A stretch of DNA of 64,000 nucleotides from Candidatus Eiseniibacteriota bacterium (GTDB taxonomy: Bacteria > Eisenbacteria > RBG-16-71-46 > CAZAMP01). The notes beneath the pieces are model-generated. The model had not been told where the DNA came from. It searched no databases and was given only the letters and a program-made list of their open reading frames with translations. Within the stretch, counting starts at the first letter, position 1; every line of letters begins with the position of its first letter. The translations under genes and the position numbers were made by a program. The stretch covers positions 1 through 64,000 of the forward strand of contig OZ245046.1 of NCBI GenBank assembly GCA_965224245.1. Reading direction: 5' to 3'. Shown in pieces: positions 32,412-42,660 of this stretch.

Positions 32412-33547
32412 ATGAACACCTTCGCGTCCATGGCTGCAATCGCGGCGATCACTCTCGCCATCGGCGTCGTTCCTTCGGAGTCGGTGGTGAGCGCGTCATC
32501 GGTCGAGGGTTTCCCGATGCGTCGATGACCCTCTACCCGATGACCTACGCCATCACCGGACCCAAGGAGAAGTACCGAGACTTCTACGATCGCATGATGG
32601 GACCGGCCGGCCGGCGAACCTTCGACGTGATCGAGCAGCTCGACGACCTTCTCGCCGACCGGGGCTACGACAGGTGTGACATCTCAGATGTCTCTTTCGA
32701 CTTTGCCCGAGAGCAGGATGGTCGAGTCGATCGTGCCGCGACCTTCGGGACCTTCGTCGGTGAGCAGGAACTCGCCACGGACTACGCGCTGTGTGTCGAC
32801 GTGGTCGTTCATCTGGAGAAGAGCTGGCAAGAGGTCTACGCCGTGATGGTCGATGCCGGCGGTCGCGTCGTCTGGCAGGACAGCCGGAGGCCCGGCGATT
32901 CCGCCTTCGACCAGTACATGACGGGCGGACCCGAGAAGGCCTGCGTCCTCGTGAGCGAGATGCTGGTGCCGGTCATGGGTCTGGATCAGCTCTCGCCCCC
33001 GGAGCTCTCGGCAGCGAGGAAGCAGGCGCTCGAGCAGATACGTGCGGAGGAGCCGCCGGATCGAGGGGAGCTCGACGCCATGGAGGAGCGTCTGACCTCG
33101 ATGAAGGCGGCCGGCCCGGCGGCCACCGTGACCGTCTACCCACCCCGCGTACAAGGAGAGAGGACGGACGCAGGCGGAGCCACCAGCATTGCGACAGCTC
33201 TGACCGAGGCCGAGCTCTGCACGGCGACGGCGGCGACCGACGGCCCCCTCCTCGAGGGCGCGGGCTGGACCAGCGAGCCCAAGGTACTCTGGCTCTACGC
33301 CAACGCTGCGAAGGGCTACGTGCACGAGCACCCGCCGGCCAGCGACTACGTCCTCTTCGCGGACTACTGGATGGCGCCCAGCGGGGACGTGTGGGCCGTC
33401 CACTTCGTCGTTCTGGACCGCGACGGCGAGTGGGTCCTCGTCGATCTTCAGAACGACCACCACCCGGACTTTCGACGCATCGCGCATACCACCATCGAGG
33501 AGTGCAACGAGCTCGTCGTCGCGAGGATGAAAGCCAGGACTCGATGA
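32412..33547 (+). CDS. Hypothetical exported protein with one apparent frameshift near 32512 separating the signal peptide from the body
   Basis: MNTFASMAAIAAITLAIGVV signal-like segment at 32412 stops at 32528. Adding one base in GGTTTCCCGAT gives GFPDASMTLYP, continuous with ORF 32525-33547. Confidence 0.65.
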
Positions 33548-34187
33548 CCACACATGCCGGAAAACGGCGTGCCGGTCGAAAGCCTCGCCATCCCGTGGGT
33601 GATCGGCGTTGCAGGTGCAGAACGACGTAGCGCACTTCGCGGAGAGCCCGTACTGGGTATCCTCATTCGATCCGGAGGGCTCTCCGGGTGAGGTCGACAC
33701 GGGCGGTGTACGTCTCCACGTCGCCGGCCGGCACCTGTAGTCGACTGCATTCACTCGACCACACAAGTGACGACCGACACACCCATCCCGACGATCACGT
33801 TTCATCAGAAGCTCGACCGCGCCGTGGATCCCGGTCCACACGGCCCGCACGGCCCGTGACGGACTCGTGGGCTCGTCGCGGCATCGACGGCTGCTCGAGT
33901 TCCACGATCGGAGAGGAGCGCGAAACTCGATCGATCTTTCGATACCACGGGATCAAGAAAGAGAACACTCCCGTTAGAAACAGACGACACCCTGACCGAA
34001 CCGCGCGCGCCATGACCGCAATCGAACTCCGAGGCGACGGCAAGGTCCCTGGCCTTCCCCGGGATGGGATCGAGCGATGCGCCACGTGTCCACCGGACGT
34101 GCGGTCGAGGACTCGATCGTCCGATCCGGCAACCGATCCCCGGTCTCGATCGGGGGTCATCGTCCCAGCTTCGAGGAGAGCCAGACC

Positions 34188-35333
34188 ATGCGCCGACTCA
34201 CTATGCTCCTGGGTGTGACGACCCTGTCAGCAGGCGTGCTCGCGAGCTGCGATCGCGAATCCACGATCACGTCGCCCGCCGACCAGACGCAGGCTCGTGA
34301 CGCGATCATGGCCACGACGGGGGCCGTGTTCACGATGACGAACGCAGCCGACGGCAACGAGATCATCCAGTTCGCCCGCGGTGCGGACGGATCCCTCGTC
34401 GAGGTGGATCGTGTCTCGACCGGCGGCCTCGGGACCGGCGGTGGACTCGGCAACCAGGGTGGCGTCGTTCGTTCGCAGAGCGGGAACGATCTCTTCACCG
34501 TCAACGCCGGCAGCAACCAGGTGGCTGCACTTCACCACGGAGGCGGCCTCCTGACGCTCGTCGACGTGGCCGACACCGGAAACGACAACCCGATCAGCGT
34601 CACGACGTCGGGGGACCTCGTCTACGTCGTGAATACCGGCACCGATGCCGTGGCCGGCAGCATCACCGGCTTCCGGTATGACGGGAGCCAGCTGACGCCG
34701 ATCGCGGGCTCGACGAGGATGCTCAGTGGCGTGGGATCCGCGCCGGCGCAGATCGAGTTCTCACCGGCCGGGGATGCGCTGGTGGTGACCGAGAAGGCCA
34801 CCAACCAGATCCTCGTCTTCCCGGTCGCGTCGGACGGCGTCGCTGGCGACGCGGTCATCAACGCATCGGAGGGAATGACCCCGTTCGGCTTCACGTTCAC
34901 CCGGAAGGGCCGGCTTCTCGTGTCCGAGGCCTTCGGCGGCATGGAAGGGCTCAGCGCGGCCTCGTCCTATGAGCTGCTGGGGACCTCCCTCGTGCCGATC
35001 TCCTCGTCGGTGCCGAGCGGCGAGTCGGCCGCGTGCTGGCTCATCGGCAGCGTGAACGAGCGCTACGCGTACGTCACGAACACCCGCTCCGGGTCAGTGT
35101 CGTCCTACACGATCGAGCCCGATGGCGGCCTGTCGCTTCTCGATGCCCAGGCGTCGGTCATCGACGGCTCGCGTCCCCTGGATGCCGTCTTCAGCCGGAA
35201 CGGACGGTACCTGTTCGTCCTGCGGAACGGCTCGCACGAGATCGGCGCCTATCGCGTGAACGCCGACGGCGGTCTCGCGGAGCTGACGGCCATCTCGGTT
35301 CCGGAGGGTGTGAACGGCCTCGCCGCCTTCTGA
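34188..35333 (+). CDS. Lactonase-family 7-bladed beta-propeller lipoprotein
   Basis: GAGGAG RBS and lipobox VLAS-C. Motifs GAVFTMTN, LFTVNAGSN, VVTEKATN, TPFGF, AACW and YAYVTN. Confidence 0.88.
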   Translation: MRRLTMLLGVTTLSAGVLASCDRESTITSPADQTQARDAIMATTGAVFTMTNAADGNEIIQFARGADGSLVEVDRVSTGGLGTGGGLGNQGGVVRSQSGNDLFTVNAGSNQVAALHHGGGLLTLVDVADTGNDNPISVTTSGDLVYVVNTGTDAVAGSITGFRYDGSQLTPIAGSTRMLSGVGSAPAQIEFSPAGDALVVTEKATNQILVFPVASDGVAGDAVINASEGMTPFGFTFTRKGRLLVSEAFGGMEGLSAASSYELLGTSLVPISSSVPSGESAACWLIGSVNERYAYVTNTRSGSVSSYTIEPDGGLSLLDAQASVIDGSRPLDAVFSRNGRYLFVLRNGSHEIGAYRVNADGGLAELTAISVPEGVNGLAAF

Positions 35334-35599
35334 TCCAGCGCCAGGCACGAGTCGCTGAGCGGGGCCTCCGACGCCGGTCGCGGTGCGGGGTTCCGCTTGG
35401 CGACTGACGGCTCCTCGTCACCGATGACCCACCTTCGTCGCTCGGCCATCCGTGTGCGCACCACGATCGGAGGACCGCGTGCGGTCGGTCACACTGCTTC
35501 CGCTCCAGTGGTGCACTTGCATCATTGCCGGTCTGGCGGCGTCCCACTAGCCTCGATCGTGACCAGGTCGATTCGTGTACGACCTCACGGGAACGTCGC

Positions 35600-36136
35600 G
35601 TGCGACTGCCGATCCTCCTCATTGCGCTGGTCTCGACGTCCATGCACTGCGCGGGCCGGTCCGTCCCCCGGTCCGGCGACCTCGTCCGGATCACGACGGA
35701 CGAGGACGGGCAACAGATTCTGGAAGGAACGCTCGCGTGGATCCGGAACGACACGCTGGCGGTGAGAACCGACGGAGGCCTGAGACACGTCGCCTCGAAC
35801 GCCGTCGGCCAGCTCGAGCTGCTCACGTCAGGCAACCACGCGGCGCGAGGCGCTCTCGTCGGTGTCGGGGTGGGCGGCCTCGTCGCGGTCTCCGTCGCGA
35901 TGAGCGCCGAGAGCGCCGGGCCGGGCGGTGGAGCGGTCATCCCCGTGGTCTTCCTCAGCCTTCCGGCCGGCTGGATGGTGGGCGCCACGGTCGGTGCGTT
36001 CGTGCGGCGCGACCTCTGGATCGTCGTCGATCATCGCGGTGGACGGCTGGAGGTCGAGCCGAGGATTCCCGAGCCTCCGCCCGTGGCCGAGCCACCGGAA
36101 CCCACACGAATCCGGCGGGGTCGCCGAAGGCGGTGA
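35600..36136 (+). CDS. Hypothetical membrane/lipoprotein with Gly-zipper-like helices
   Basis: GTG start with hydrophobic leader ending in Cys. GALVGVGVGGLV and GWMVGATVGA segments. Confidence 0.65.
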   Translation: MRLPILLIALVSTSMHCAGRSVPRSGDLVRITTDEDGQQILEGTLAWIRNDTLAVRTDGGLRHVASNAVGQLELLTSGNHAARGALVGVGVGGLVAVSVAMSAESAGPGGGAVIPVVFLSLPAGWMVGATVGAFVRRDLWIVVDHRGGRLEVEPRIPEPPPVAEPPEPTRIRRGRRRR

Positions 36137-36406
36137 CCTCGTCGAGAGAAGACGACGGTCGAGCTGACCGTCGATGGGGGCGAGCGACTCCAAATGATGC
36201 ACTCGCATCATGGCGTGGACGAGCGGCGCTAGCGCAACATGAGTGTGCCGACCGAGACCTCGTGACGATCCACGCCTGAGGGCGATCGTGGCGTGGGCAC
36301 GCCATGGCATGGTCCACGGGCGGCACGGGTAGCGAAATCGTGGCGAGCAGACAGAGTCTCACATCCGCGCGTTGCAGGGGTCGTCTGCGTCTCAGGAGGT
36401 GTCTTC

Positions 36407-37120
36407 ATGCGTCTCGCCAGGGTCTTGGTTGCGACCGGTTCGCTCATCGTCATCGCCGCTTCGGCTTCCGCGAATCCACCGCTCGAGGGGGAGTACTCCA
36501 GCACCGCCGGTGACATTCTGGAAGGGCGGGGCTCGGAGTCCTGGCCCGGAGGCTCCGACTTCGAGGTCGGCGATGCGCTCAATCTGGAGTCGTGGGACGG
36601 ATCGGAACTCGGGACCGAGTGGTACATTCGCTGTCCGGCCATCTGTGATGACCCCGAGCTCCTGGTGGACACCGTCGACGGGGCCGGAAACGGGTTCCAG
36701 ATCTGGCAGAGCTACTACTGCGGCGGGGTCCTGTGGCTCAACGGTGACGGTGGTGAGCCCTGGTCGGGTGGAGCGGACGAGTACGTGGCCGACATCGACG
36801 TCCTGATCCAGATCACGACCATTCAGTTCGTCGCGTTCGAACCGGTAGGCTGGGTGACCGATCTCAACATGAACGGCGTGTTCTCGGAGTACGGCCCGTC
36901 CTGCATCGAGCTGTTTCTGGCCAACACCGAGCGGGTGGGCGACACCGCGACCGGGGACTTTCCTGCCGGCTATCCCGACCTCGTGGGGGGCGCCGAGTGC
37001 TCGGCCGAGGACATGGGTAGCGCGTGGGACGTGGAGGACATCACCATGAGCATCATCGGTCCCTGCGTCACGCCCACCGAGAACGTCACCTGGGGCAAGA
37101 TCAAGAACACGTACCGCTGA
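36407..37120 (+). CDS. Secreted acidic protein with C-terminal TWGxIK tail
   Basis: AGGAGG RBS and signal ending ASASA. Ends TPTENVTWGKIKNTYR. Confidence 0.88.
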   Translation: MRLARVLVATGSLIVIAASASANPPLEGEYSSTAGDILEGRGSESWPGGSDFEVGDALNLESWDGSELGTEWYIRCPAICDDPELLVDTVDGAGNGFQIWQSYYCGGVLWLNGDGGEPWSGGADEYVADIDVLIQITTIQFVAFEPVGWVTDLNMNGVFSEYGPSCIELFLANTERVGDTATGDFPAGYPDLVGGAECSAEDMGSAWDVEDITMSIIGPCVTPTENVTWGKIKNTYR

Positions 37121-37139
37121 CCGGAACGCCGCTCAGGGC

Positions 37140-37176
37140 GAGGCGTCGGGGGCCACCCCGGCGCCTCTTTCGTTTT
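37140..37176 (+). terminator. Rho-independent terminator
   Basis: GAGGCGTCGGGG-GCCA-CCCCGGCGCCTC stem (one G.U pair) followed by TTTCGTTTT, about 20 nt after the stop. Confidence 0.8.
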
Positions 37177-37294
37177 GGCGCTGCGGCCACCGGTGATCGG
37201 TCGAGTCGCTTGACCTCGAGGTGGGCGAGAGTGGTCAGATCGATGGCGTTGGTGTCACAATTGCGCAGGTGATGTCCTCGAATCGGAGATACAC

Positions 37295-39412
37295 GTGCGC
37301 GAGCGGTCCATCGAGCTGGCCATCATCGCCCCCGACGGGGTGAGCCCGACGTCGATCGAGGGGCCCGAGCCGGACCTTCTCCGCACGGCTGGCCCCGGTC
37401 TACCCGAGCTTCCGATCTCACGGCTGCACCTGGGAAGCGAGCTGTGCGAGCAGCGACTCCCCACGGTGTCCGAGCTCGCACCCGGAGTCGCGGCGGCCCG
37501 CGAGCGGGGTCTGGCCGTGACGCTCGTGACACCTCCCGTGACGGACGTGGGGCTGAACCGGGTGCGCCGATTGCTCGATCACCTCTCCACGCTGGGTGAC
37601 GAGACGATCGAGATCGTGGCCAACGACTGGGGAGTCCTCTACGAAGTCGCCGGGAGACGACCGACCTTCGAGCCCGTCCTCGGTCGCCTGATGACCCCCA
37701 CGTTGCGCGATCCTCGGCTGGGCCACCGGCTCGTGGCCGCGATGGGGCTGCCGGAGGCGGTGCGCGAGGCCTTCCGGGCCACGCGCGTGGGGAACCCTCA
37801 CTTCGCCGACATGCTCACCACGTTCGGCGTCTCACGGATCGAGCTCGACAATCTGGTGCAAGGCGGGCCGCCGGATCTCTCCGGCACCCGCTTCCGCGGA
37901 TCGCTGCACCTGCCGTGGGGCGTCGTCGCGACCGGACGCCTCTGTCGCATGGCCGACGGGCCCGGCAGGGACCCGGGCGACGTCTCGCATCCGGCCTGCA
38001 GCCGTCCCTGCGCCGCCATCGGGTTCGACCAGGGCACCGTTCCCGGCGGCTCGAGGCTGATGGAGGTCGGCAACACGCTGTTCTTCCGGACTCCCGACGA
38101 GGGGATCCTCGCCGCGATCCGCGATGCGCCCGCCCGCGGCATCGATCGACTTCTGGTCACCCCGTCGGCGCCGCTGTCCGGAAGCCGGCGCCCTGTGGCC
38201 ATCGGCGACGGATCGGAGCGGCCGCGCCGTCCTCTCCGCTCGCGAGCGTCCCGCGCGCCCCGGGCCACCGCATCCCCGACGCCACCCCGGCTGGCGGCCC
38301 CCATCGGAGCCCTCGAGGAGCTGCCGATGCTGGTGGGCGCGGGAGCCGACGAGCTCTACACCGGTCTGGTGCCGCCCGAGTGGTCTGCGCGTTTCACGCA
38401 CGCGGTGTGGTCCAACCGTCGGAGTCCCGGTGGCGGGAACCTCACCCGATGGGAGGACCTGGAGGTGCTGGTCCGAGACGCGCACGCGCGTTCGATGCCG
38501 GTCGGGCTGGCCCTGAATGCACCCCATCACGAAGGGCGCCGCCTGGAGGCGATGGTCGAGCTGGCCGAGCGGGCGACCGAGATCGGCGTGGATGCGTTCA
38601 TCGTCACCGATCCCGGCCTCCTCGCCGCGCTTCGCTCGCGCGGCGTGAGCACCGAGCTTCGGGTCAGCTCCGTGGCGGCGGCACACAACCGGTCGGCGAT
38701 CTCGTTCTACGCCGAGCTGGGTGTCCGGCGCATCATCCTGCCGCGCCACGTGACCCTCTCTGAGGTCGCGACGATGGTGGCGGCGTTCCCGCGATTGGAC
38801 TTCGAGGCGTTCGTGATGAACGACCAGTGTCCGTTCGAGGAAGGGTTCTGCTTCACGCAGCACGAGATCGGCGGTCTGGAGACACTGTGTCAGGCGCGTC
38901 CGGCCGGACGTCCGGTCGCTCTAGAGCTCGGTGGCGAGATCGCTCCCGAGACACGGGCCCGCTGGGAGTCGCGGTGGAGCGACTACCGCCGGTGGCTCGA
39001 CGCATGTACGGGCCATCCCGGGCGTCAATCGCCCACCGGCGCGCATCTGGGGACGTGCGGGCTCTGCGCGCTACCGGGGCTCGCGTCGGCCGGCGTACAC
39101 GCGGTGAAGGTCGTGGGCCGTGAGGCCGACGCGTTCCGAAAGCTCCGCAGCGTGCAGATGGTACGCCGCGTCCTCGATCGCATCGGCGAGGGGGCGCGGC
39201 CCGAGGACGTGCATGCGCTGGCCCGGGAGATCCGCGGCACCCCCGCCGAGTGTGAGATCGGCGTCAGCTGCTACTACCCTTCCGCGCGGACGCTCACCAC
39301 CTGGCGGATACGGCGAGCTTCGGTCCACGACGAACGCAGTCCGGGCATCGCGATGACTCGGGTCATCGGCGCCCACCCACGTGCCGACGAGGATCAGCGT
39401 ACACGTGAATGA
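37295..39412 (+). CDS. Tandem U32-family Fe-S protein: UbiV-like N-domain fused to UbiU/TrhP-like C-domain
   Basis: N-half: LGSELC, VANDWG, GRLC, CSRPC, GN. C-half: LAAP, GADELYTG, VDAFIVTDPG, IILPR, CPFEEGFC, CGLC, VKVVGR. R/P-rich linker between them. Confidence 0.85.
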   Translation: MRERSIELAIIAPDGVSPTSIEGPEPDLLRTAGPGLPELPISRLHLGSELCEQRLPTVSELAPGVAAARERGLAVTLVTPPVTDVGLNRVRRLLDHLSTLGDETIEIVANDWGVLYEVAGRRPTFEPVLGRLMTPTLRDPRLGHRLVAAMGLPEAVREAFRATRVGNPHFADMLTTFGVSRIELDNLVQGGPPDLSGTRFRGSLHLPWGVVATGRLCRMADGPGRDPGDVSHPACSRPCAAIGFDQGTVPGGSRLMEVGNTLFFRTPDEGILAAIRDAPARGIDRLLVTPSAPLSGSRRPVAIGDGSERPRRPLRSRASRAPRATASPTPPRLAAPIGALEELPMLVGAGADELYTGLVPPEWSARFTHAVWSNRRSPGGGNLTRWEDLEVLVRDAHARSMPVGLALNAPHHEGRRLEAMVELAERATEIGVDAFIVTDPGLLAALRSRGVSTELRVSSVAAAHNRSAISFYAELGVRRIILPRHVTLSEVATMVAAFPRLDFEAFVMNDQCPFEEGFCFTQHEIGGLETLCQARPAGRPVALELGGEIAPETRARWESRWSDYRRWLDACTGHPGRQSPTGAHLGTCGLCALPGLASAGVHAVKVVGREADAFRKLRSVQMVRRVLDRIGEGARPEDVHALAREIRGTPAECEIGVSCYYPSARTLTTWRIRRASVHDERSPGIAMTRVIGAHPRADEDQRTRE

Positions 39413-39951
39413 ATGAAGTCGACCGTCAGTGCGAGCTGGACCGCGTTGTTGATCCGACCGGATGCCAAGAGCGGCCGCTCTCTTGCTCCGACGCTGAGGC
39501 CGAAGGTCCTTGCCGGTCGCCATTGCAGGCCCGCTTCGGCGAACGCAGACGCAAGCAGTCCGGAGTATCGCTCGACGCCGAGCCCTGCGCCGCCCGTCAC
39601 GAACGGCTGGATCGTTCCCGGAGAGCCGAAGTACCGTCGGTAGAGACCCGTGAATTCTGCCCAGATCAAGCCGTCACCATCTCCGGTCACGCTGTTCCCA
39701 CCCACGTTCGCGCTCAGCATTCCGCCGATCACGCCACCTTCGCGCATACCAACGTAAGCTGCTTCCACGCCGGCCCCGACCGCGCTGTCATGGGATCCAC
39801 CGACATCGCCCGCGGAGTACATCGGTCCGCCGCCGAAGCTGAACTGACCTGCACAGCCGGTGAGAAGCAGAGTCCCCAGGGCCAGGCCGAGACCACCGGC
39901 ACACCCACACAGCGCACCCAGACTCGCCGAGTTCGCCTGCTGAGCCCGCAC
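39394..39951 (-). CDS. Hypothetical outer-membrane beta-barrel-like (lipo)protein
   Basis: GTG start just after the upstream gene's stop, LLLTG-C lipobox-like motif and alternating amphipathic strands (YRRYF, QPFVTGGAGLG). Confidence 0.6.
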   Translation of the reverse strand: MRAQQANSASLGALCGCAGGLGLALGTLLLTGCAGQFSFGGGPMYSAGDVGGSHDSAVGAGVEAAYVGMREGGVIGGMLSANVGGNSVTGDGDGLIWAEFTGLYRRYFGSPGTIQPFVTGGAGLGVERYSGLLASAFAEAGLQWRPARTFGLSVGARERPLLASGRINNAVQLALTVDFIHSRVR

Positions 39952-39962
39952 CGCGTGCCCCC

Positions 39963-41173
39963 TTATCTGAACGCGTCCTTGATCCGACTCCAGCTCGTTT
40001 CCACCGTAGCCGTTGCACCACATCCCCGGCCGAGAGCACCGATGAGCTGCCCGCATGGGCTGGCGCCCGGAAGGCACGGCGATGCGCCGTCCAGCGTGTA
40101 GTCCCCGGCCGTCGTCGGAGCGTCGAGGCAGGGAGCCGGATCACAGAAGCGCGTCTCCCTCGACCTGGTCTCCCACGTAGTCGATCGAACCGGATCCCCC
40201 GACCTCGGAGGGGTCGATCACGCAACACGTCAGCGAGGCGCTCCCGGCCACGTACATCTCGTCACCACCGCCGTCCGCACAGTTTCCGCCCACGATGGTT
40301 CGCTCCACGACAGCTTCGCCCCAAAGGCCCACGCTGAGCCCCCCACCACCGTTACTCCCTCGGTTGCCGGCGATCGAACATCCCCGGATCTCCAATCGGC
40401 CCGAGGTCACGCCGACGCCGCAATAGTCATTACCGGTGATGACGCTGTCAGTCAGGAGGGCATCCCCCCCCGATGCTCACTCCAGCGGGGCTAGCCACGG
40501 AACGGTTTCCAGCGATGACCGTGCGAGCGATGCTGATCTTGGGGGACCCACCGGTCCCCGAGTTGAACGAGATCCCTCCGCCCCACTCACCAACGTTGTT
40601 CCCTGTGACCACACAGTCGGTAATGCTCAGACTGGCTCCGCTGGCATTGATCCCACCCCCTGTCGCCTTCCCCGTGACGTTGTCGGAGATGGAGCATTCT
40701 GCGATGATCGCCTCACCGCGCAGGCACCCGATGCCGCCCCCTCCCATGAGGGCCACGTTGCCGATGATCCTGCAGTGGGTGATCGTCGGCGATGCGTCGG
40801 TACACCAGATGCCACCGCCCCCACCGGGGACATGGCCGTTGGTGATCGTGAATCCTGCCACGACGGCGGCATTCGTCTCCCCGTTCTGGAACACGAATCC
40901 CCGATGAGGATCCCCTGAGTTGCCCTCACAGTCGATGGTGGTCACGTCCGGACCGTTCTCCGATCTGACGACGATGTCCTTGCCACCGAAGTCCAGATCA
41001 CGATTCCCGTCGCCGCTGTAGGTGCCGTCCGCCACCAACACGATGTCACCGACGCCGGCGGCATCGATGCCGGCCTGAATCGTGGGATGGTCGGCAGGGA
41101 CGTGAAGGGTCGAGGAGAATACCGGCAGACAGAGAAAGGAAACGAGACAGCCAGCAAGAACGATCGCTCTCAT
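39963..41173 (-). pseudogene. Secreted right-handed parallel beta-helix protein split by two frameshifts, ending in a SWSRIK tail
   Basis: AGGAGAGG RBS, signal peptide, HVPADHPTIQAGIDAA...GDIVLVADGTY and GGGI repeats. Frames join at the G8 run (about 40464-40471) and about 40150. Restored end is FCDPAPC...DYTLDGASPC...TVETSWSRIKDAFR-stop at 39963. Confidence 0.8.
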
Positions 41174-41840
41174 CGGACCTCTCCTTTCGGAGCAAGGCCC
41201 AATGTGTGGGGGACAGGGACCTCATCGCACTGGGCTCGTTGCAAACACGACTCACGGATCGTGACTGAAAGTATGGTGCGATCCGAGAACTCCGGACTGT
41301 ACGTGGTCTCCCGTACTAGTGCGATCGCTATACCATTCGATCGCGATGTGTGGCCGACGCGGTGAAGCCGGCACGCTGGCGGGTGTGGGTTCAACCGGGC
41401 AACGTGCATCGTGTTCGCCTCGAGCCACCTGCGGGACTTGTCAACGAGCGAGTGCGCCACCCCCCGGCTCCCGCCGGCAACGATCTCAGCGCGGATCGGA
41501 CGTCGGCGGAGATCAGCCACTGCCCACCCGATCGACGAGAGTCACCCCTCGAGCAGCCGCCCGAGCCTCCGCTTGCCGTTGACCTGCATCGGCTCGAGGT
41601 GCCCAATCGGGAGGCCGTATGAGGGGATCCACGGTTGATGCCGTCGAACGGCTCGACCCATCGGGATCAAGCCTGCCCACGCCGGGACCGATAATACGGT
41701 CTGGACGAGCGGCCCGTGTCCGCGCGCGCGCGGGCGGGCCCGCCGCGCCCGGCAACCATCGACCGCGAGGAACGACCAGACCGCCGAGGTACACGACCAT
41801 GAGTACCGATCGCTGCTCGAGTGAGGACCGCACGTCCCCG

Positions 41841-42599
41841 ATGGACTATGCGCGACTCAACGAGGAAGTGCGACGCCTCCTCGACTTCAAGAGGAGCAAC
41901 GTCAAGGGTCGCAACCGGACGCCATGTCCGCAGTGCGCGACCTCCGTGGACGTCAACGCCAACAAGTGTCCGCACTGCGCCTCCGAGATCGCGGACCACA
42001 CCGAGAACGTGCGCAAGCACCTGGCCGAGCTCGATGCGATCCGGACGGAGCTGGACCAGCTGCACGTCCGGTTCATGGAGTACCGCGAGGAGGAGGCGGC
42101 CATGCAGCCGCTCCTGGAGCGGTGCCGTCGGATGTTCTCGGGTCCGCAGATGGCCACCGGCGTCAAGACCGTGCTTCCCGCGTTCGTGGTCTTCTTCGCA
42201 TTCATCACCGTGCTTCGCCTCACCGGAAACGGTCTCCTGTTCTGGGCCGGTCTGATCGGCGGCTGTGTCATCGCGTTCTCTCTCCTGAAGATGTCCGCTC
42301 ACAAGCACTACGTCACGGTCGAGCTGTACCGCTCCGTGCTGATCGTGGGCGCCATCGTGATGATGACAGGCAGCGTGGCCATCCCGATGCCCGATTGGTC
42401 CACCCTGTCGACGGATCGCGTCGAGGTCATCCGTCCGACGGCGAACATCCGCGCGTCGGCGAGCACCGAGTCCAGCATCGTGGGCACCGCGAGCCAGGGC
42501 GACAAGCTCACCGTCGTCGAGCGCCAGGGCAGCTGGATCCAGGTGAAGACCGAGAACGGGGACACCGGCTGGATCTACGCGTCGCTGGTCAAGAAGTAG
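41841..42599 (+). CDS. Membrane protein with N-terminal zinc ribbon, three TM helices and C-terminal bacterial SH3 domain
   Basis: CPQC...CPHC, coiled coil, three hydrophobic segments and ANIRASASTES...GDKLTV...WIQV...GWIY. Confidence 0.88.
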   Translation: MDYARLNEEVRRLLDFKRSNVKGRNRTPCPQCATSVDVNANKCPHCASEIADHTENVRKHLAELDAIRTELDQLHVRFMEYREEEAAMQPLLERCRRMFSGPQMATGVKTVLPAFVVFFAFITVLRLTGNGLLFWAGLIGGCVIAFSLLKMSAHKHYVTVELYRSVLIVGAIVMMTGSVAIPMPDWSTLSTDRVEVIRPTANIRASASTESSIVGTASQGDKLTVVERQGSWIQVKTENGDTGWIYASLVKK

Positions 42600-42660
42600 G
42601 CGAGGTAGGCGGTGTGGCTGGGTCCTCGTGCGGCTCCGACGAGCTGATTGACCCCGAGGA

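Noticed and set aside
33548-34187. Intergenic region checked for an ncRNA or small gene
   Set aside because: No convincing RBS-ORF, riboswitch or conserved structure visible.
39952-40077. N-terminal extension of ORF 39394-40077
   Set aside because: It overlaps the true 3' end of the frameshifted beta-helix gene. The start was reassigned to 39951.
41174-41840. Long intergenic region with short ORFs and a GCGATCG-N10-CGATCGC palindrome
   Set aside because: No recognisable protein or RNA family. CGATCG words are very frequent in this sequence.
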